Notes: generated from the letters alone by a model not told the origin. Numbered from the stretch's first letter, positions 17,161 to 28,040 are shown. The stretch: 64,000 bases of DNA from Sphingomicrobium sp. (GCA_035700945.1 DASSOE010000111.1:16603-80602); one strand, 5' to 3'. Program-made: numbers and translations.

Positions 17161-19848
17161 CTAGCTTGCCTGGCGCTGGCTCAGGTACGAAGGAGTCAGC
17201 ATCTGCACGTCGGGCCGCCGGTCTTTCTTTGGCGCGAGCCGCGTGAGATCGAACTGCTGCTCGAACTGGACGCCGAACTTGCCGGCCTGGGCCCAACGCA
17301 CGATCCCGCGCACCGGCCCGACGCCGAGAACGTCGATTCCCAGCTCAGTTCCCGGAGAGACCGGGAGATGGCACTCGACCAGCGCACCCATCGAGGAGAT
17401 GTTGCGCAGCTTGAGCTCGACCATGACCCCGTCGATGCAGGTGAGCGCGCGCCTCATCAGCCGATGCCGCGGCTCGCGGCTGCAGGCGAAGCCCGCCGCC
17501 TCGACCCTGACGCTGTTCGCGAGCTCGCGGGCGATGGACGATTCGCTCGGCTTCCCGAAGATGTAGCCTTGGACCATGCTGACGCCGAGTTCGCGGATCA
17601 GGTGCAGGTCGTCATGCGTCTCGACGCCCTCGGCGCAGGTGTCCATGCCGAGGGTTTCCGCCAGTGTGACGATGGCGCGGATGATCGCCGCATTGCGGAC
17701 GGTCGTCGAGGCGGCGCCGCGGACGAAGCTTTGGTCAATCTTGATCTTGTCGAATGGCGCCTTCTTCAAATAACCCAATGAACTGTAGCCAGTCCCGAAA
17801 TCATCGAGCGCGAGGCGCACTCCGAGCTTCTTGAGCTTCGCGAAGGTTTCGTCGGTCGAATCGCCTTCGGCGAGGAACACGCCTTCGGTGATCTCGAGCT
17901 CGAGCCGCTCGGGGGCAACGCCGGTTTCGCCGAGGTGCTTGCCGACCATTGCGGCGACGTTGGGGTCGTTGAACTGGAGCGGCGATAGATTGACTGCGAC
18001 GCGGACCTGATCCGGCCAGTTGGCGGCCTCCTCCAGCGCCGTGCGAAGCACCCATTCGCCGATCTTGCCGATCAGGCCCGCTTCTTCCGCAAGCGGGACG
18101 AATTTGGCCGGCGGCACGGGGCCGCGCGTCGGATGCTGCCACCGCACCAGCGCTTCGAAGCCCGAAATCTCCTCGCCGGCGGCGCGGACGATCGGCTGGT
18201 AGTGCACCGCAAGCTCGCCCCGCTCGATCGCCTGGCGGAGGTCGTTCTCGAGCAGCTGGCGCTCGGCCGCCTCGCTGTGCATCGAAGGCTCATAGATGCA
18301 ATGCTTGCCGCGGCCCGCTGCCTTGGCGGCGTAAAGAGCGAGGTCGGCATTGCGGACGAGCGCATCGGCGCTGGCCCGCCCCGGGTCGCCGATCGCAATC
18401 CCAAGCGACGCACCGATCGTCACCTTGTGTCCTTCGATCACGTACGGCCGTGAGACCTGCTCGATCAAGGTCCGCGCGAGTGATTCGAGCAGACCGATAT
18501 CGACGGCACCGGGCAGCACCGCCTGGAACTCGTCGCCCCCGAGCCGCCCTACCTGGCCGTGGTTGCCCATCACCGACTTCAACCGGTCGGCAACCTGCCG
18601 GAGCAGCGCATCGCCGATTGGGTGGCCGAGCGTGTCGTTGACGTTCTTGAACCGGTCGAGGTCGATCATGAACAGCGCAAGGCCCTTCTGGCGATGGGCC
18701 GAGTTGCGCAGCGCGTCGTCGAGCGTCTGGCGCATCATTGCGCGGTTCGGCAGGCCGGTCAGCGAATCGAAGCGGGCGAGACGGCTGATCTCGCGGTCGG
18801 CCTTGCGCTGCTCGGTGAGGTCCGTGCCGATCCCGCGAAATCCGAGGAAGCGGCCGCGCTCGTCGAAGATCGGGTTGCCCGACAGCGACCAGTGCACGTC
18901 TTCCTCGCTCGCCGGCCGGACGACCACGTCGGAAAAGGGGAAGCGCGCCGACAGATGGAAGCCGAGCGTCTTGCGCTCTTCCATCGAGTCCGAGGCGTGG
19001 TCGACCGAGAGGAGGTCTGTGAACGGCCGGCCGAGGAGTGCGTCCGGCTCGCTCTGGAAATCGTCGGCGAGCTGCTGCGAAACGTAGGAAAGCGTGCCGA
19101 GCGAATCCGTTTCCCAGAACCATCCGCGCCCGCTGTTCTCGAACTCATCGACGAAGTGGAGCGCCTTGCGTGCCTGGGCTTCGAGGTTGAGCCGGATCCT
19201 TCCCGTGGCGATGATCTGGCGCGTTCCGGCGATACTGTAGCCGACGAGGGCGAGCGAAAGGATCGCGACCCCGCTGCAAATGATGGGTGAGTTGGCTAGC
19301 ACTGCCGCGGCGATGGTGGCGACGATCGCATTGACGACTGCAAGCGGCGGCGAGCTGATCGACACGATCGTGCCTATCGAAATGCCGGCGCAGAGAATGA
19401 TCTGCGCCGCGGCGATCGGGACGAGGAAGCCGTCGTCCTGGACGGTCTGGCCGAACCAGGTCCACAGCAACCCGCTCACCGCGACATAGACGCACAACGC
19501 CCGGATCACGCTGTGGGGCGGCACATCGAACTTTCGGCGCATCAGCATCGCAACGCCGGCAGCGGCGTCGAGCAGGATCGCGAGCGCAGACGGGATCAGC
19601 GGATTGTCGAGGTTGAAGGTGCTCGGGACATCGGAGGCCAGCAGCACATAGGCAGCAAGGAAGATCAGGTGCGTGAAGCCAAGCAGGAGAGCGATGAGGT
19701 CGAGGCCGGCGAGGCGCCATTCCGCCAGCGAGAGCTCGTCACTGCTGTCAGGGCTGTGCAGGTCGAACCACAACGCGTCGCGCACTGAGGAGCGCGGGCG
19801 AAGGTCGTCCTTCGCGTCGATTGCTTTCACGAACCGTGAACGCCGCAT
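17161..19848 (-). CDS. multi-TM PAS-GGDEF-EAL-PilZ c-di-GMP signalling protein
   Basis: TM region, PAS (WFWETD...FRGIGTD), RLGGDEF, FEALVRW, DDFGTGYSS, C-terminal RNISSMG PilZ-like domain. Confidence 0.88.
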   Translation of the reverse strand: MRRSRFVKAIDAKDDLRPRSSVRDALWFDLHSPDSSDELSLAEWRLAGLDLIALLLGFTHLIFLAAYVLLASDVPSTFNLDNPLIPSALAILLDAAAGVAMLMRRKFDVPPHSVIRALCVYVAVSGLLWTWFGQTVQDDGFLVPIAAAQIILCAGISIGTIVSISSPPLAVVNAIVATIAAAVLANSPIICSGVAILSLALVGYSIAGTRQIIATGRIRLNLEAQARKALHFVDEFENSGRGWFWETDSLGTLSYVSQQLADDFQSEPDALLGRPFTDLLSVDHASDSMEERKTLGFHLSARFPFSDVVVRPASEEDVHWSLSGNPIFDERGRFLGFRGIGTDLTEQRKADREISRLARFDSLTGLPNRAMMRQTLDDALRNSAHRQKGLALFMIDLDRFKNVNDTLGHPIGDALLRQVADRLKSVMGNHGQVGRLGGDEFQAVLPGAVDIGLLESLARTLIEQVSRPYVIEGHKVTIGASLGIAIGDPGRASADALVRNADLALYAAKAAGRGKHCIYEPSMHSEAAERQLLENDLRQAIERGELAVHYQPIVRAAGEEISGFEALVRWQHPTRGPVPPAKFVPLAEEAGLIGKIGEWVLRTALEEAANWPDQVRVAVNLSPLQFNDPNVAAMVGKHLGETGVAPERLELEITEGVFLAEGDSTDETFAKLKKLGVRLALDDFGTGYSSLGYLKKAPFDKIKIDQSFVRGAASTTVRNAAIIRAIVTLAETLGMDTCAEGVETHDDLHLIRELGVSMVQGYIFGKPSESSIARELANSVRVEAAGFACSREPRHRLMRRALTCIDGVMVELKLRNISSMGALVECHLPVSPGTELGIDVLGVGPVRGIVRWAQAGKFGVQFEQQFDLTRLAPKKDRRPDVQMLTPSYLSQRQAS

Positions 19849-19941
19849 GGTACCCCGCGAACAAGGGCCGCAGCAGAATGCGGCGGTCCCGATGCGGGGA
19901 ACTTAAGGCATGCGAGTTAACCGGGCCGCGAACGAACTCGG

Positions 19942-19956
19942 TTATCGGCGGCTTAA
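19942..19956 (-). promoter_or_regulatory. putative CtrA box TTAA-N7-ATAA(CC) upstream of the GGDEF-EAL gene
   Basis: Minus strand TTAA GCCGCCG ATAACC overlapping the cysK stop; further TTAA at about 19905 and 19917. Confidence 0.3.
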
Positions 19957-20882
19957 GCTTCTTCCGGAAGGAAATCGGCGACCGACAAATAGCGCTCGCC
20001 CGTATCGTAGTTGAACGTGAGGATGCGCGGGTGATCGCCGAGCTCCGGCAGCTTCTGCGCGACTCCGGCCAGCGCCGCGCCGGACGATATCCCGATCAGC
20101 AGCCCTTCCTCTCGGGCCGCGCGGCGCGCCATCTCCTTCGCCTCGCCCGCGTCGACGTCGATGATGCCGTCGAGAATGTCGGTATTGAGAATGCTCGGAA
20201 TGAAGTTGGCGCCAAGGCCCTGGATTGGGTGCGGTCCCGCCTTGCCGCCGCTGAGCAGGGGTGCAAGCGCCGGTTCTACGGCGAAGACCTTGAGGTTGGG
20301 CCAGGCGGCCTTGAGCACTTCGGCGCAGGCGGTGATGTGCCCGCCGGTCCCGACGCCGGTGATGATCGCGTCGAGCGGCGTGTCGGCGAAGTCGCGCAGG
20401 ATCTCCGCCGCGGTGCCGCGCCGGTGCGCCTCGACGTTCGCGGGATTGTCGAACTGCTGCGGCATCCAGCTGTTTGGGGTCTGCTCGACCAGCTCCCTCG
20501 CCCGGTCGACCGCGCCCGACATGCCCTTCTCCTTGGCCGTCAGGTCGAATTTCGCGCCGTAAGCCAGCATGAGGCGGCGGCGCTCGAGGCTCATGCTCTC
20601 CGGCATGACCAGGATCAATTTATAGCCTTTGACCGCCGCGACCATCGAAAGACCGATGCCGGTGTTGCCCGAGGTCGGTTCGATGATCGTGCCGCCGGGC
20701 TTGAGCTTGCCCGTCCGTTCCGCGTCTTCGATCATCGCGAGCGCGATGCGGTCCTTGATCGATCCGCCCGGGTTCGCCCGCTCCGATTTCATCCACACTT
20801 CGGCGCGGTCGCCGAACAGGCGGTTGATCCGGATGTGCGGGGTGTTGCCGATGGTCTCGAGGACGTTGGCGGCTTTCATCAA
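19953..20882 (-). CDS. cysK: cysteine synthase A
   Basis: [16 protein letters not shown] (PLP Lys), [23 protein letters not shown]. Confidence 0.95.
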   Translation of the reverse strand: MMKAANVLETIGNTPHIRINRLFGDRAEVWMKSERANPGGSIKDRIALAMIEDAERTGKLKPGGTIIEPTSGNTGIGLSMVAAVKGYKLILVMPESMSLERRRLMLAYGAKFDLTAKEKGMSGAVDRARELVEQTPNSWMPQQFDNPANVEAHRRGTAAEILRDFADTPLDAIITGVGTGGHITACAEVLKAAWPNLKVFAVEPALAPLLSGGKAGPHPIQGLGANFIPSILNTDILDGIIDVDAGEAKEMARRAAREEGLLIGISSGAALAGVAQKLPELGDHPRILTFNYDTGERYLSVADFLPEEA

Positions 20883-20944
20883 GCGGGCTCCTCCGGTGGT
20901 GCAGGGGGCAAATCGGATGCCTCGAAGCTTTTTGCAAGGCGGCG

Positions 20945-22258
20945 CTATACGCCGCTTGCGACCACGTCCGCTTCTTCGGGCCGGGAAGCGGCCGGCTCGA
21001 AGCTTTGCGCGTTGCGCAGTTCCGGGAACAGGCCCGCCCAGATGAGAGTGACGCAGACAGCAGCTACTCCGCCCGCGACGGTCGCCGTGATGGGCCCCAG
21101 CAAGGCGGCAACGAAGCCGCTGCGAGTCTCACCGAGCTCATTGGAAGCCGAGACAGCGAGTGTCGAGACGGCGCCGACCCGCCCGCGCATCTCGTCCGGC
21201 GTGTGCAGCTGGATTAGCGACTGGCGGATGTAGACGGAGAACATGTCGGCGGCCCCGAGCACCGCCAGCATCGCCAGCGAAAGCGGGAACCAGGTCGAAA
21301 ATCCGAACACGGCGGTTGCTGCGCCGAACAGCACGACCGCCGCGAGCATCTTCACTCCGACATGGGCTTTGAGCGGCCGGACGGAAAAGATGATGGCCGT
21401 CAGGGTCGCGCCGACCGCGGGCGCGGCGCGCAACGGGCCCAGTCCCTGCGGGCCGACGTGCAGGATGTCGCGCGCATAGATCGGCAGCATCGCGGTGACG
21501 CCGCCGAGAAGCACCGCGAACAGGTCGAGCGTAATCGCGCCGAGCACCAGCCGGTTGCGCCGCACGTAGGCAAGCCCGTCGATCATCTGGCTCAAGGGAG
21601 TGCCCGGTTTCAGCGGCGTTCGCGCGATCGGCGGAATGGTGAAGAGGCACAGCACCGATACGGCGAAAAGCAGCGCGCTCAAGCCGTAGGGCAGGTGTGG
21701 CGTCACATCGTAGAGAATGCCGCCGAGCGCGGGGCCGACGATCGCGCCGGCCTGCCACGCCGCGGAGCTGAGCGCGATAGCGTTGGGCAGCATCTCGCGC
21801 GGGACGAGGTTGGGCGCGAGCGCCCCGAGCGCGGGGCCGGCAAAGGCCCTGGCAACGCCGAGCAGCGCGGCGACCGCGAACAGGATGGGAAGGTTGATGA
21901 ACCCTTCCCAGGTCGAGACGAACAGGATCAGCGCGCAAAGCAGCTCGAGCGAGACCACGGCGCGGGCGATGTAGCGGCGATCGAGCCGGTCGGCGGTCCA
22001 GCCGCTGAATGGAGTCAGCACGAACAGCGGGATGAATTGCACGAGGCCGATGAGCCCGAGCCAGAAGGCAGCCTCGCGGATGCTCATCGTCTGCCGGGCC
22101 ATGTCGTAGACCTGCCACCCGATCACGATGACCATCGCCATCTGCGCGACGGTCGTCGCGAGGCGCGCGAGCCAGAAGTAGCGGAACGCCGGAATTCGAA
22201 GCGGTTCGGGGACCAGGCTCACGCGCGGCGAAGTAGGGGCCTCGCCGGGCAGCGGCAA
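20945..22258 (-). CDS. MFS transporter (EntS/DHA3-like)
   Basis: 12-TM pattern, ADRLDRR motif [10 protein letters not shown]. Confidence 0.85.
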   Translation of the reverse strand: MPLPGEAPTSPRVSLVPEPLRIPAFRYFWLARLATTVAQMAMVIVIGWQVYDMARQTMSIREAAFWLGLIGLVQFIPLFVLTPFSGWTADRLDRRYIARAVVSLELLCALILFVSTWEGFINLPILFAVAALLGVARAFAGPALGALAPNLVPREMLPNAIALSSAAWQAGAIVGPALGGILYDVTPHLPYGLSALLFAVSVLCLFTIPPIARTPLKPGTPLSQMIDGLAYVRRNRLVLGAITLDLFAVLLGGVTAMLPIYARDILHVGPQGLGPLRAAPAVGATLTAIIFSVRPLKAHVGVKMLAAVVLFGAATAVFGFSTWFPLSLAMLAVLGAADMFSVYIRQSLIQLHTPDEMRGRVGAVSTLAVSASNELGETRSGFVAALLGPITATVAGGVAAVCVTLIWAGLFPELRNAQSFEPAASRPEEADVVASGV

Positions 22259-22259
22259 C

Positions 22260-23459
22260 TCACTTCGCGTGCCGCTTCTCGGTGAGGCCGAAGCTTTTCA
22301 CGAGCCATGGCATCGTCAGCCCCTGCACGAAGATCGAAAAGGCGACCACCACGAAGGCCGTGATAATGATCGGCGCGCGCTCCGGAACGGACGCCGGGAC
22401 GGTGAGGGCGAGCGCCAGAGCGAGCGCTCCGCGAAGCCCGCCCCAGAAGAGCACGTGCTGGTAGGGGAAGGAGACCTTCAGCTTCGTGGCCCGGAACAAC
22501 AGCGAAAGCGGGTAGATTGCCGCCGCGCGGCCGACCAGCACCAAGAGGATCGCCGAGGCCGCGGTCACATAGCCGAGGCGATTGATGGGCACCCCGGCCT
22601 CCTGGATGCCGATCAGCAGGAAGACGAAGGAATTGGCGAGAAAGGCGAAGAACTCCCAGGCAGAGAGGACGTGGGGCCGGCCCTCGTCGGAAATGGAGCC
22701 CATGCGGCCGAGATTGCCGATCATCAGGCCGGCGGTCAGCGAAGCGAGCACGCCCGAGGCATGGACGCGTTCAGCCATCAGGAACGAGCCGTAGGCAGCG
22801 AGCGTCGTCAGCGCGATTTCAACCAGATGATCATTTGTGCGGCCGGCGAGCAGCAGGATCGCTCCGCTCACGGCGCCGCCGATCAGCGCGCCGCCGAACA
22901 GCGTCCACAGGAATGACGGGACGATGCTTCCGATCCCGGCCGATGCGCCGGTCGCAATCCCGACCAGCACGGCGAACGCGACGGCGACAACTCCGTCGTT
23001 CAGCAGGCTTTCCGATTCGACCAGCATCGACAGCCGCTCTTCCGCTTTCATTTCCTTGAACGCGGCGATGACGGCGACGGGATCCGTCGCGGCGATCAGG
23101 ACGCCGAATAGCGCGGCGCCGAGCCAGCTCCAGCCAAGGCCGAAGTGCATGCCGGCCGCGACGATCAGCGCGGCGAGCGCGACCCCGAAAAATGCGAGTG
23201 TGAGGACGATCGGCAGCTCCCTGCGGAAGCTGCGCCATGGCAGCTGGAGCGCTGCCTCGAAGACCAAAGGCGGCAGCAGGATGTTGAAAATGAGGTCGCG
23301 CGACAGCGGAAGCGTCGGCGTGTCCGGAATGAAGGCGATCGCCAGCCCTGCCGCGACCAGGCCGACGCTGTAGGGCAGGCCGATTCGCCGCGACACCATC
23401 GCAATCAGGCAGGCGACGAGCAGGAGCACGCCGATCGGCGCCAGCGAGATGCCGTTCAT
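22260..23459 (-). CDS. CPA1/NhaP-type Na+/H+ antiporter
   Basis: LLPPLVFEAA, ATDPVAV, ESLLNDG, WGGLRGA, VQGLT. Confidence 0.9.
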   Translation of the reverse strand: MNGISLAPIGVLLLVACLIAMVSRRIGLPYSVGLVAAGLAIAFIPDTPTLPLSRDLIFNILLPPLVFEAALQLPWRSFRRELPIVLTLAFFGVALAALIVAAGMHFGLGWSWLGAALFGVLIAATDPVAVIAAFKEMKAEERLSMLVESESLLNDGVVAVAFAVLVGIATGASAGIGSIVPSFLWTLFGGALIGGAVSGAILLLAGRTNDHLVEIALTTLAAYGSFLMAERVHASGVLASLTAGLMIGNLGRMGSISDEGRPHVLSAWEFFAFLANSFVFLLIGIQEAGVPINRLGYVTAASAILLVLVGRAAAIYPLSLLFRATKLKVSFPYQHVLFWGGLRGALALALALTVPASVPERAPIIITAFVVVAFSIFVQGLTMPWLVKSFGLTEKRHAK

Positions 23460-23496
23460 GCACGCTCCATATCAACCGCGCCGGACGACGCCATCA

Positions 23497-24711
23497 TCAA
23501 TGGCTCGGCGACGGATGCCAGCCGAACGCCAGGAGCATGGCGAAGAATCCCGCTGCATAAGCGATTGGAACGAACCAGCCCTCTCTCAGCCAGCGGACGA
23601 ACGAGCGGCCCTCCGGATAGTTGTTGGTCAGCGCGACGCCCGCCGACGACCCGAACCACACCATCGAACCCCCAAAGCCAACCGCGAACGCGAGCAGCGC
23701 CCAGTCGTAACCGCCCTGGCGCAGGGCCAGCGCGGTGAGCGGGATATTGTCGAATACCGACGAAAGCACACCGAGGCCGAACGCGCTCTGCCACGACGGA
23801 TCGGGAAGCGCTTTGAGCGGCATCAGCGACGCAGCCGCCACGAGCGCAACCAGAAACAGCGCGCCTTGCGCGCCGTGGCGCAGGCTGGACCAGTCCGGAC
23901 GCGCGATCGGGCTCGTCAGCAGGATCGCGCCCCACAGCGCCAGTCCCAGCCACGGCGCGCTTTCCTCGCCTTCGCTCAGCGTGTTGGCGAGGATGTTGGC
24001 ACCCACCGCGCAAGCCAGGATGAACGCCACGATCCAGATACGCCGCCACTCGAGCGCGCTCCCGGGCCGGTCATGGGCCATGATCGGCTGGTGCCGGTGC
24101 TGCGCGAGTGCCGCGAACGGTGCGATCACGACGAAAGAGGCTGCTGCACCGACATAGGCGGGGAGGACCGTCAGCGGCGAAACGCCGTGCAGCCACATGA
24201 TCGTAGTCGTGGTGTCGCCGATGACGCTTCCGGCGCCGCCCGCATTCGCCGCGGCGACGATGCCTGCCAGGAAGCCTACCGTCACCCGTCTCTCGTAGAC
24301 GTGCCGGGCGACGATGCCGCCGAGCACCGCTGCGGCGATATTGTCGAGAAAGCCCGAGAGCACGAAGACGATGCCGAGGACCGCCACGCCTCCGGTCCAG
24401 TCGTCGGGAAGCACGTTCGGCAGATGATCTGAAATCCTGCTTCGCTCGAACTGGCTCGAGAGCAGCTCGAAACCGGTGAGGAGCAGGGCCAGGTTAGCGA
24501 TGATCACCCATTCGTGCCGCGCATGGGCGAGCAGGGCGGAAGCCCCGCGGCCGGTAGGGAATTGGGTCACCAGCGCTTCGAACGCCAGGATTGCGCCGAG
24601 GCCCATCAGGCTGATCGGCAGCGCGCGCTTGTGGAACAGCGCGACGCCGAGCAGCATCGCACCGAACAGCACGAATTCCAGCGGGACAGGTAACCCGGAG
24701 AGCGCAGTCAT
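23497..24711 (-). CDS. ion-transporter superfamily permease (NhaD/CitMHS-like)
   Basis: SGFLDNIAA, AANAGGAGSVIGDTTT, FDNIPLT, GGSMVWFGSSAGVA. Confidence 0.75.
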   Translation of the reverse strand: MTALSGLPVPLEFVLFGAMLLGVALFHKRALPISLMGLGAILAFEALVTQFPTGRGASALLAHARHEWVIIANLALLLTGFELLSSQFERSRISDHLPNVLPDDWTGGVAVLGIVFVLSGFLDNIAAAVLGGIVARHVYERRVTVGFLAGIVAAANAGGAGSVIGDTTTTIMWLHGVSPLTVLPAYVGAAASFVVIAPFAALAQHRHQPIMAHDRPGSALEWRRIWIVAFILACAVGANILANTLSEGEESAPWLGLALWGAILLTSPIARPDWSSLRHGAQGALFLVALVAAASLMPLKALPDPSWQSAFGLGVLSSVFDNIPLTALALRQGGYDWALLAFAVGFGGSMVWFGSSAGVALTNNYPEGRSFVRWLREGWFVPIAYAAGFFAMLLAFGWHPSPSH

Positions 24712-24768
24712 CCGCGATTCTATATCCGCCGAAAACGCAGAGGTCTGCCCTGCTGCTGCTGATGCGAC

Positions 24769-26355
24769 TCAGGGGCGGCGGAAGTCCGGCACGGTGCCGC
24801 TTTCCTGCCAATATTGCTCGAGGCCTATGCGTTGGAGCAGCTGCGCGAAACGCGGGTCGGTCCAGGCCTTTCGCATCGAGGGCAGGAATAGCTGGCTGGT
24901 TGCGCGGTCCTCGTCGCCGGCCTCGGGTGCGACATTGTTCCACTCGCCCTCGCGGAAATAGTAACCCTGCAGGATCTCGAAGCTCGTGTTGAGGTCACCG
25001 ACGGCAGCAGCGGCCTGGGCCACGGCCAGGCCCTCAGACGGATGTGACTTCAGATAGTCGAGACTGCGGTTCACTGCCCCGCTCGGGCTGCCTCGCGCCG
25101 CCAGCGCTCGCCCGGTCGCATCGATGGCTTTCACCAGCTCCGCGGACGTGCCGGTTGGCCGTTCCGCCTCGTTCCCGAGGATCGCAAGCGCATCCAGAGG
25201 CCGTCCGCTGTACATCAGATACTCGAGCCGGGTCCGCCATACCTGCGGCTGCTGCGGCCAGTGATCGACGGCCTGCTTGAGCGCCTCGTCGGCGGCTTGG
25301 AGGTCCCCCGCCGCCCACAGGTCGACGACAATCCTGCGATCTGCACCCGGGATGATGAAATGCTTGCGGTCGGCCATGGCCGAAACCGCTGCTGCCTCCT
25401 TCCAGCGGCCGACGCTGCCCAGGGTCTCGGAGAGCAGGAACTGGAGGAGCGGCACGGGCCTCGAATTCTTGAGCGCAGCGCGATCGGCCCGCTCGGCGGC
25501 GAGCCAATGACGATACAACGGGTCGAGGAGGAGCAGCGCCGAGGTTGCACGGGGCTCACCCGGCTCGAGCTTGAATGCCCGCGCAGCGGCCGACCGGCTG
25601 CGCGAGTCCAGTCCGGGTCTTTGCGAAACCGGCGACACGCGCTTCAAACCCGCGTAGGCAAGCGCGAGCGAGCCCCAGGCCTTGGCATAATGTGGATCGG
25701 CCTGTGTCGCTTCCGTCAGCAGCGCGATCGCATTGGCGAGCGACCCCGGATTGTCCGCGGCGAAGACGTCGTTGTTTTGAAGCGCGTCGGTGCCCTTTTG
25801 AAACAGGAGCGCGGCTTGGGAGTTGGGCTGATGCTCGCGTTCGCCGCGCAGCCACAAGGCTCCTGCGGCGGCCGCGACTACCGCCGCTCCTGCCCCGATG
25901 AACAGGGTGCGCCGGGTCGTGCCGCGTTCCTGCGTCAACGACGTTCGACCCTCATCGTGCCGCTCGCCGGCGACGAGCGCATCGATGCTTTTGCGGGCCT
26001 GCGACCAGCCGGCGTGGCGCCGGGCACCGCGCCAGCCGCGAAAGTCAGCGCACTGGATCTGGTCGAAGGGCATCGGCAGGCGGGCGCCGTCGAGCCGCGC
26101 CTGGACGAGCTTGTGCAATTCGCGGGCACGGTTCGCCTCCGACCGCACCCATTCCGAGCCCGCCGCCGCCTCGGACCACAGGACAAGCACCGCCGGCGCG
26201 GATTCGAGCTCGCTCGCAATCACGTCGGCATAGGCTCGGTGGGCGGGAAGATCGCGGTCGTACCAGACCGACCAGCCCGCTTTGCCGAGCTCGCGCGCAA
26301 TGCGCTCCGCCGCAGCGGCGTCGGGCCTCGCGTAGGAGAGGAAGACGTCGGCCAA
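24769..26355 (-). CDS. TIR domain - TM - TPR-like helical repeat protein
   Basis: TTG start 26355; DVFLSY, WYDRDL, SEWVRSEA (TIR Glu); TM RRTLFIGAGAAVVAAAAGALWL; helical repeats DPHYAKAWGSLA. Confidence 0.8.
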   Translation of the reverse strand: MADVFLSYARPDAAAAERIARELGKAGWSVWYDRDLPAHRAYADVIASELESAPAVLVLWSEAAAGSEWVRSEANRARELHKLVQARLDGARLPMPFDQIQCADFRGWRGARRHAGWSQARKSIDALVAGERHDEGRTSLTQERGTTRRTLFIGAGAAVVAAAAGALWLRGEREHQPNSQAALLFQKGTDALQNNDVFAADNPGSLANAIALLTEATQADPHYAKAWGSLALAYAGLKRVSPVSQRPGLDSRSRSAAARAFKLEPGEPRATSALLLLDPLYRHWLAAERADRAALKNSRPVPLLQFLLSETLGSVGRWKEAAAVSAMADRKHFIIPGADRRIVVDLWAAGDLQAADEALKQAVDHWPQQPQVWRTRLEYLMYSGRPLDALAILGNEAERPTGTSAELVKAIDATGRALAARGSPSGAVNRSLDYLKSHPSEGLAVAQAAAAVGDLNTSFEILQGYYFREGEWNNVAPEAGDEDRATSQLFLPSMRKAWTDPRFAQLLQRIGLEQYWQESGTVPDFRRP

Positions 26356-26422
26356 GCACGCACCCCCGAATGCGCCCTTGTACCGCTTGCGAAGCGTCCC
26401 GGCGAGGCTAGGTTGCGCAGCG

Positions 26423-27802
26423 ATGCCCAAGCCCAAATCCCGATACGTGTGCCAGGCATGCGGCTCCGTCAGCAGCCGCTGGCAGGGTCAATGCCCCGAC
26501 TGCGCCGAATGGAACACGCTGGTGCAGGAAGCGGCGGAAGTGTCGAGCATCTTCGCGGCGAAGCACAATTTGCAGGGAGGCGGCCGGGTAATCCCGCTGG
26601 TCGGGCTGGAAACGCCGGCGACGCTGCCCGAGCGATTGCCCAGCGGGATCGCCGAGTTCGACCGCGCGATCGGCGGCGGGATCGTCGCGGGGTCGGCCAT
26701 GCTTGTCGGCGGCGATCCGGGGATCGGCAAGTCGACGCTTCTGCTCCAGGTCGCCGCGCGTCTGGCGAGCGAGGGCAACAAGGTCGTCTACGTCTCCGGC
26801 GAGGAATCGGCGGAGCAGGTGCGGTTGCGGGCGGTGCGGCTCGGGCTCGGGGCTGCGCCGGTGCGGCTCGCGGCCGCGACATCGGTTCGTGACATCCTGA
26901 CCACGATGGGCGCCAATGAACCGGGGGGCGAGCCGCCGGCGCTGCTCGTGATCGACTCCATCCAGACCATGCATTCCGACCTGATCGAGGGAGCGCCCGG
27001 CACAGTCAGCCAGGTCCGCGCCTCGGCGCAGGAACTGGTGCGCTTTGCGAAGGAGCATGGCACCGCCGTCGTCCTCGTCGGCCATGTCACCAAAGACGGC
27101 ACCATCGCCGGGCCGCGCGTGCTCGAGCATATGGTCGACACGGTGCTGAGCTTCGAAGGAGAGCGCAGCCACCAGTACCGGATCCTGCGCGCGATGAAGA
27201 ACCGCTTCGGCGGAACCGACGAGATCGGCGTGTTCGCGATGGAGGGCGCCGGGCTGAGCGAAGTGCCAAATCCGTCGGCGCTGTTCCTCACCCACCGCGG
27301 TGAGCCGGTCAGCGGGACGAGCGTGTTCCCGGCGATGGAAGGCACGCGTCCGGTGCTGGTCGAAATCCAGGCGCTGGTGGTGCGGCTGGCGACCGGAGCG
27401 ACTCCGCGGCGGGCTGCGGTCGGCTGGGACAGCGGCCGGCTGGCGATGGTCCTCGCGGTGCTGGAGGCACGCTGCGGCCTCAGCTTCGCGACCGCGGAAG
27501 TCTATCTGAACGTCGCCGGCGGGTATCGCCTGAGCGACCCCGCTGCGGACCTGGCAGTCGCGGCGGCACTGGTGTCGGCCCTGTCCGAGCGGCCGGTGCC
27601 GAGCGACGTCGTGGTCCTCGGCGAGATCGCTTTGTCCGGCGAAATCCGGCCGGTGGCACACGCCGGCTTGCGGCTGAAGGAGGCAGCCAAGCTCGGCTTC
27701 GACGCCGGCTGGGTGCCGAAGGACATCAAGGGCGGCGAGGGACTGAGGCTCGCCGAATTTGCGAGCCTGCGCCAGCTCGTCGAACAGCTGCTTGGCAGGT
27801 AG
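26423..27802 (+). CDS. radA: DNA repair protein RadA/Sms
   Basis: Zn finger CQAC...CPDC, Walker A GDPGIGKST, KNRFG, Lon-like C-terminus. Confidence 0.97.
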   Translation: MPKPKSRYVCQACGSVSSRWQGQCPDCAEWNTLVQEAAEVSSIFAAKHNLQGGGRVIPLVGLETPATLPERLPSGIAEFDRAIGGGIVAGSAMLVGGDPGIGKSTLLLQVAARLASEGNKVVYVSGEESAEQVRLRAVRLGLGAAPVRLAAATSVRDILTTMGANEPGGEPPALLVIDSIQTMHSDLIEGAPGTVSQVRASAQELVRFAKEHGTAVVLVGHVTKDGTIAGPRVLEHMVDTVLSFEGERSHQYRILRAMKNRFGGTDEIGVFAMEGAGLSEVPNPSALFLTHRGEPVSGTSVFPAMEGTRPVLVEIQALVVRLATGATPRRAAVGWDSGRLAMVLAVLEARCGLSFATAEVYLNVAGGYRLSDPAADLAVAAALVSALSERPVPSDVVVLGEIALSGEIRPVAHAGLRLKEAAKLGFDAGWVPKDIKGGEGLRLAEFASLRQLVEQLLGR

Positions 27803-27857
27803 TCCTTCTCACACGCATCGGAACAGCCTATTTCAGGAAGGTGGATAGGAGCGCCCG

Positions 27858-28040
27858 ATGACCGCAAAGCCCAGGAGCCGCGACCAAATGACCGACGAGG
27901 AGCGGGCAATCTGGGCCAAGTTCGATGCTGAAATCCAAAAAGGCATCGACGACATGGAGGCCGGGCGGCTCAAGAACGCTGACGAGGTGTTCGATCGTCT
28001 CGAAGCGAAGTACGCGGCAATGGCACAGCGCCGCGGGTGA
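27858..28040 (+). CDS. ParD-like antitoxin, apparently lacking the N-terminal DNA-binding domain
   Basis: EIQKGIDDMEAGR...DEVFDRLEAKY; stop overlaps the following GTG. Confidence 0.6.
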   Translation: MTAKPRSRDQMTDEERAIWAKFDAEIQKGIDDMEAGRLKNADEVFDRLEAKYAAMAQRRG

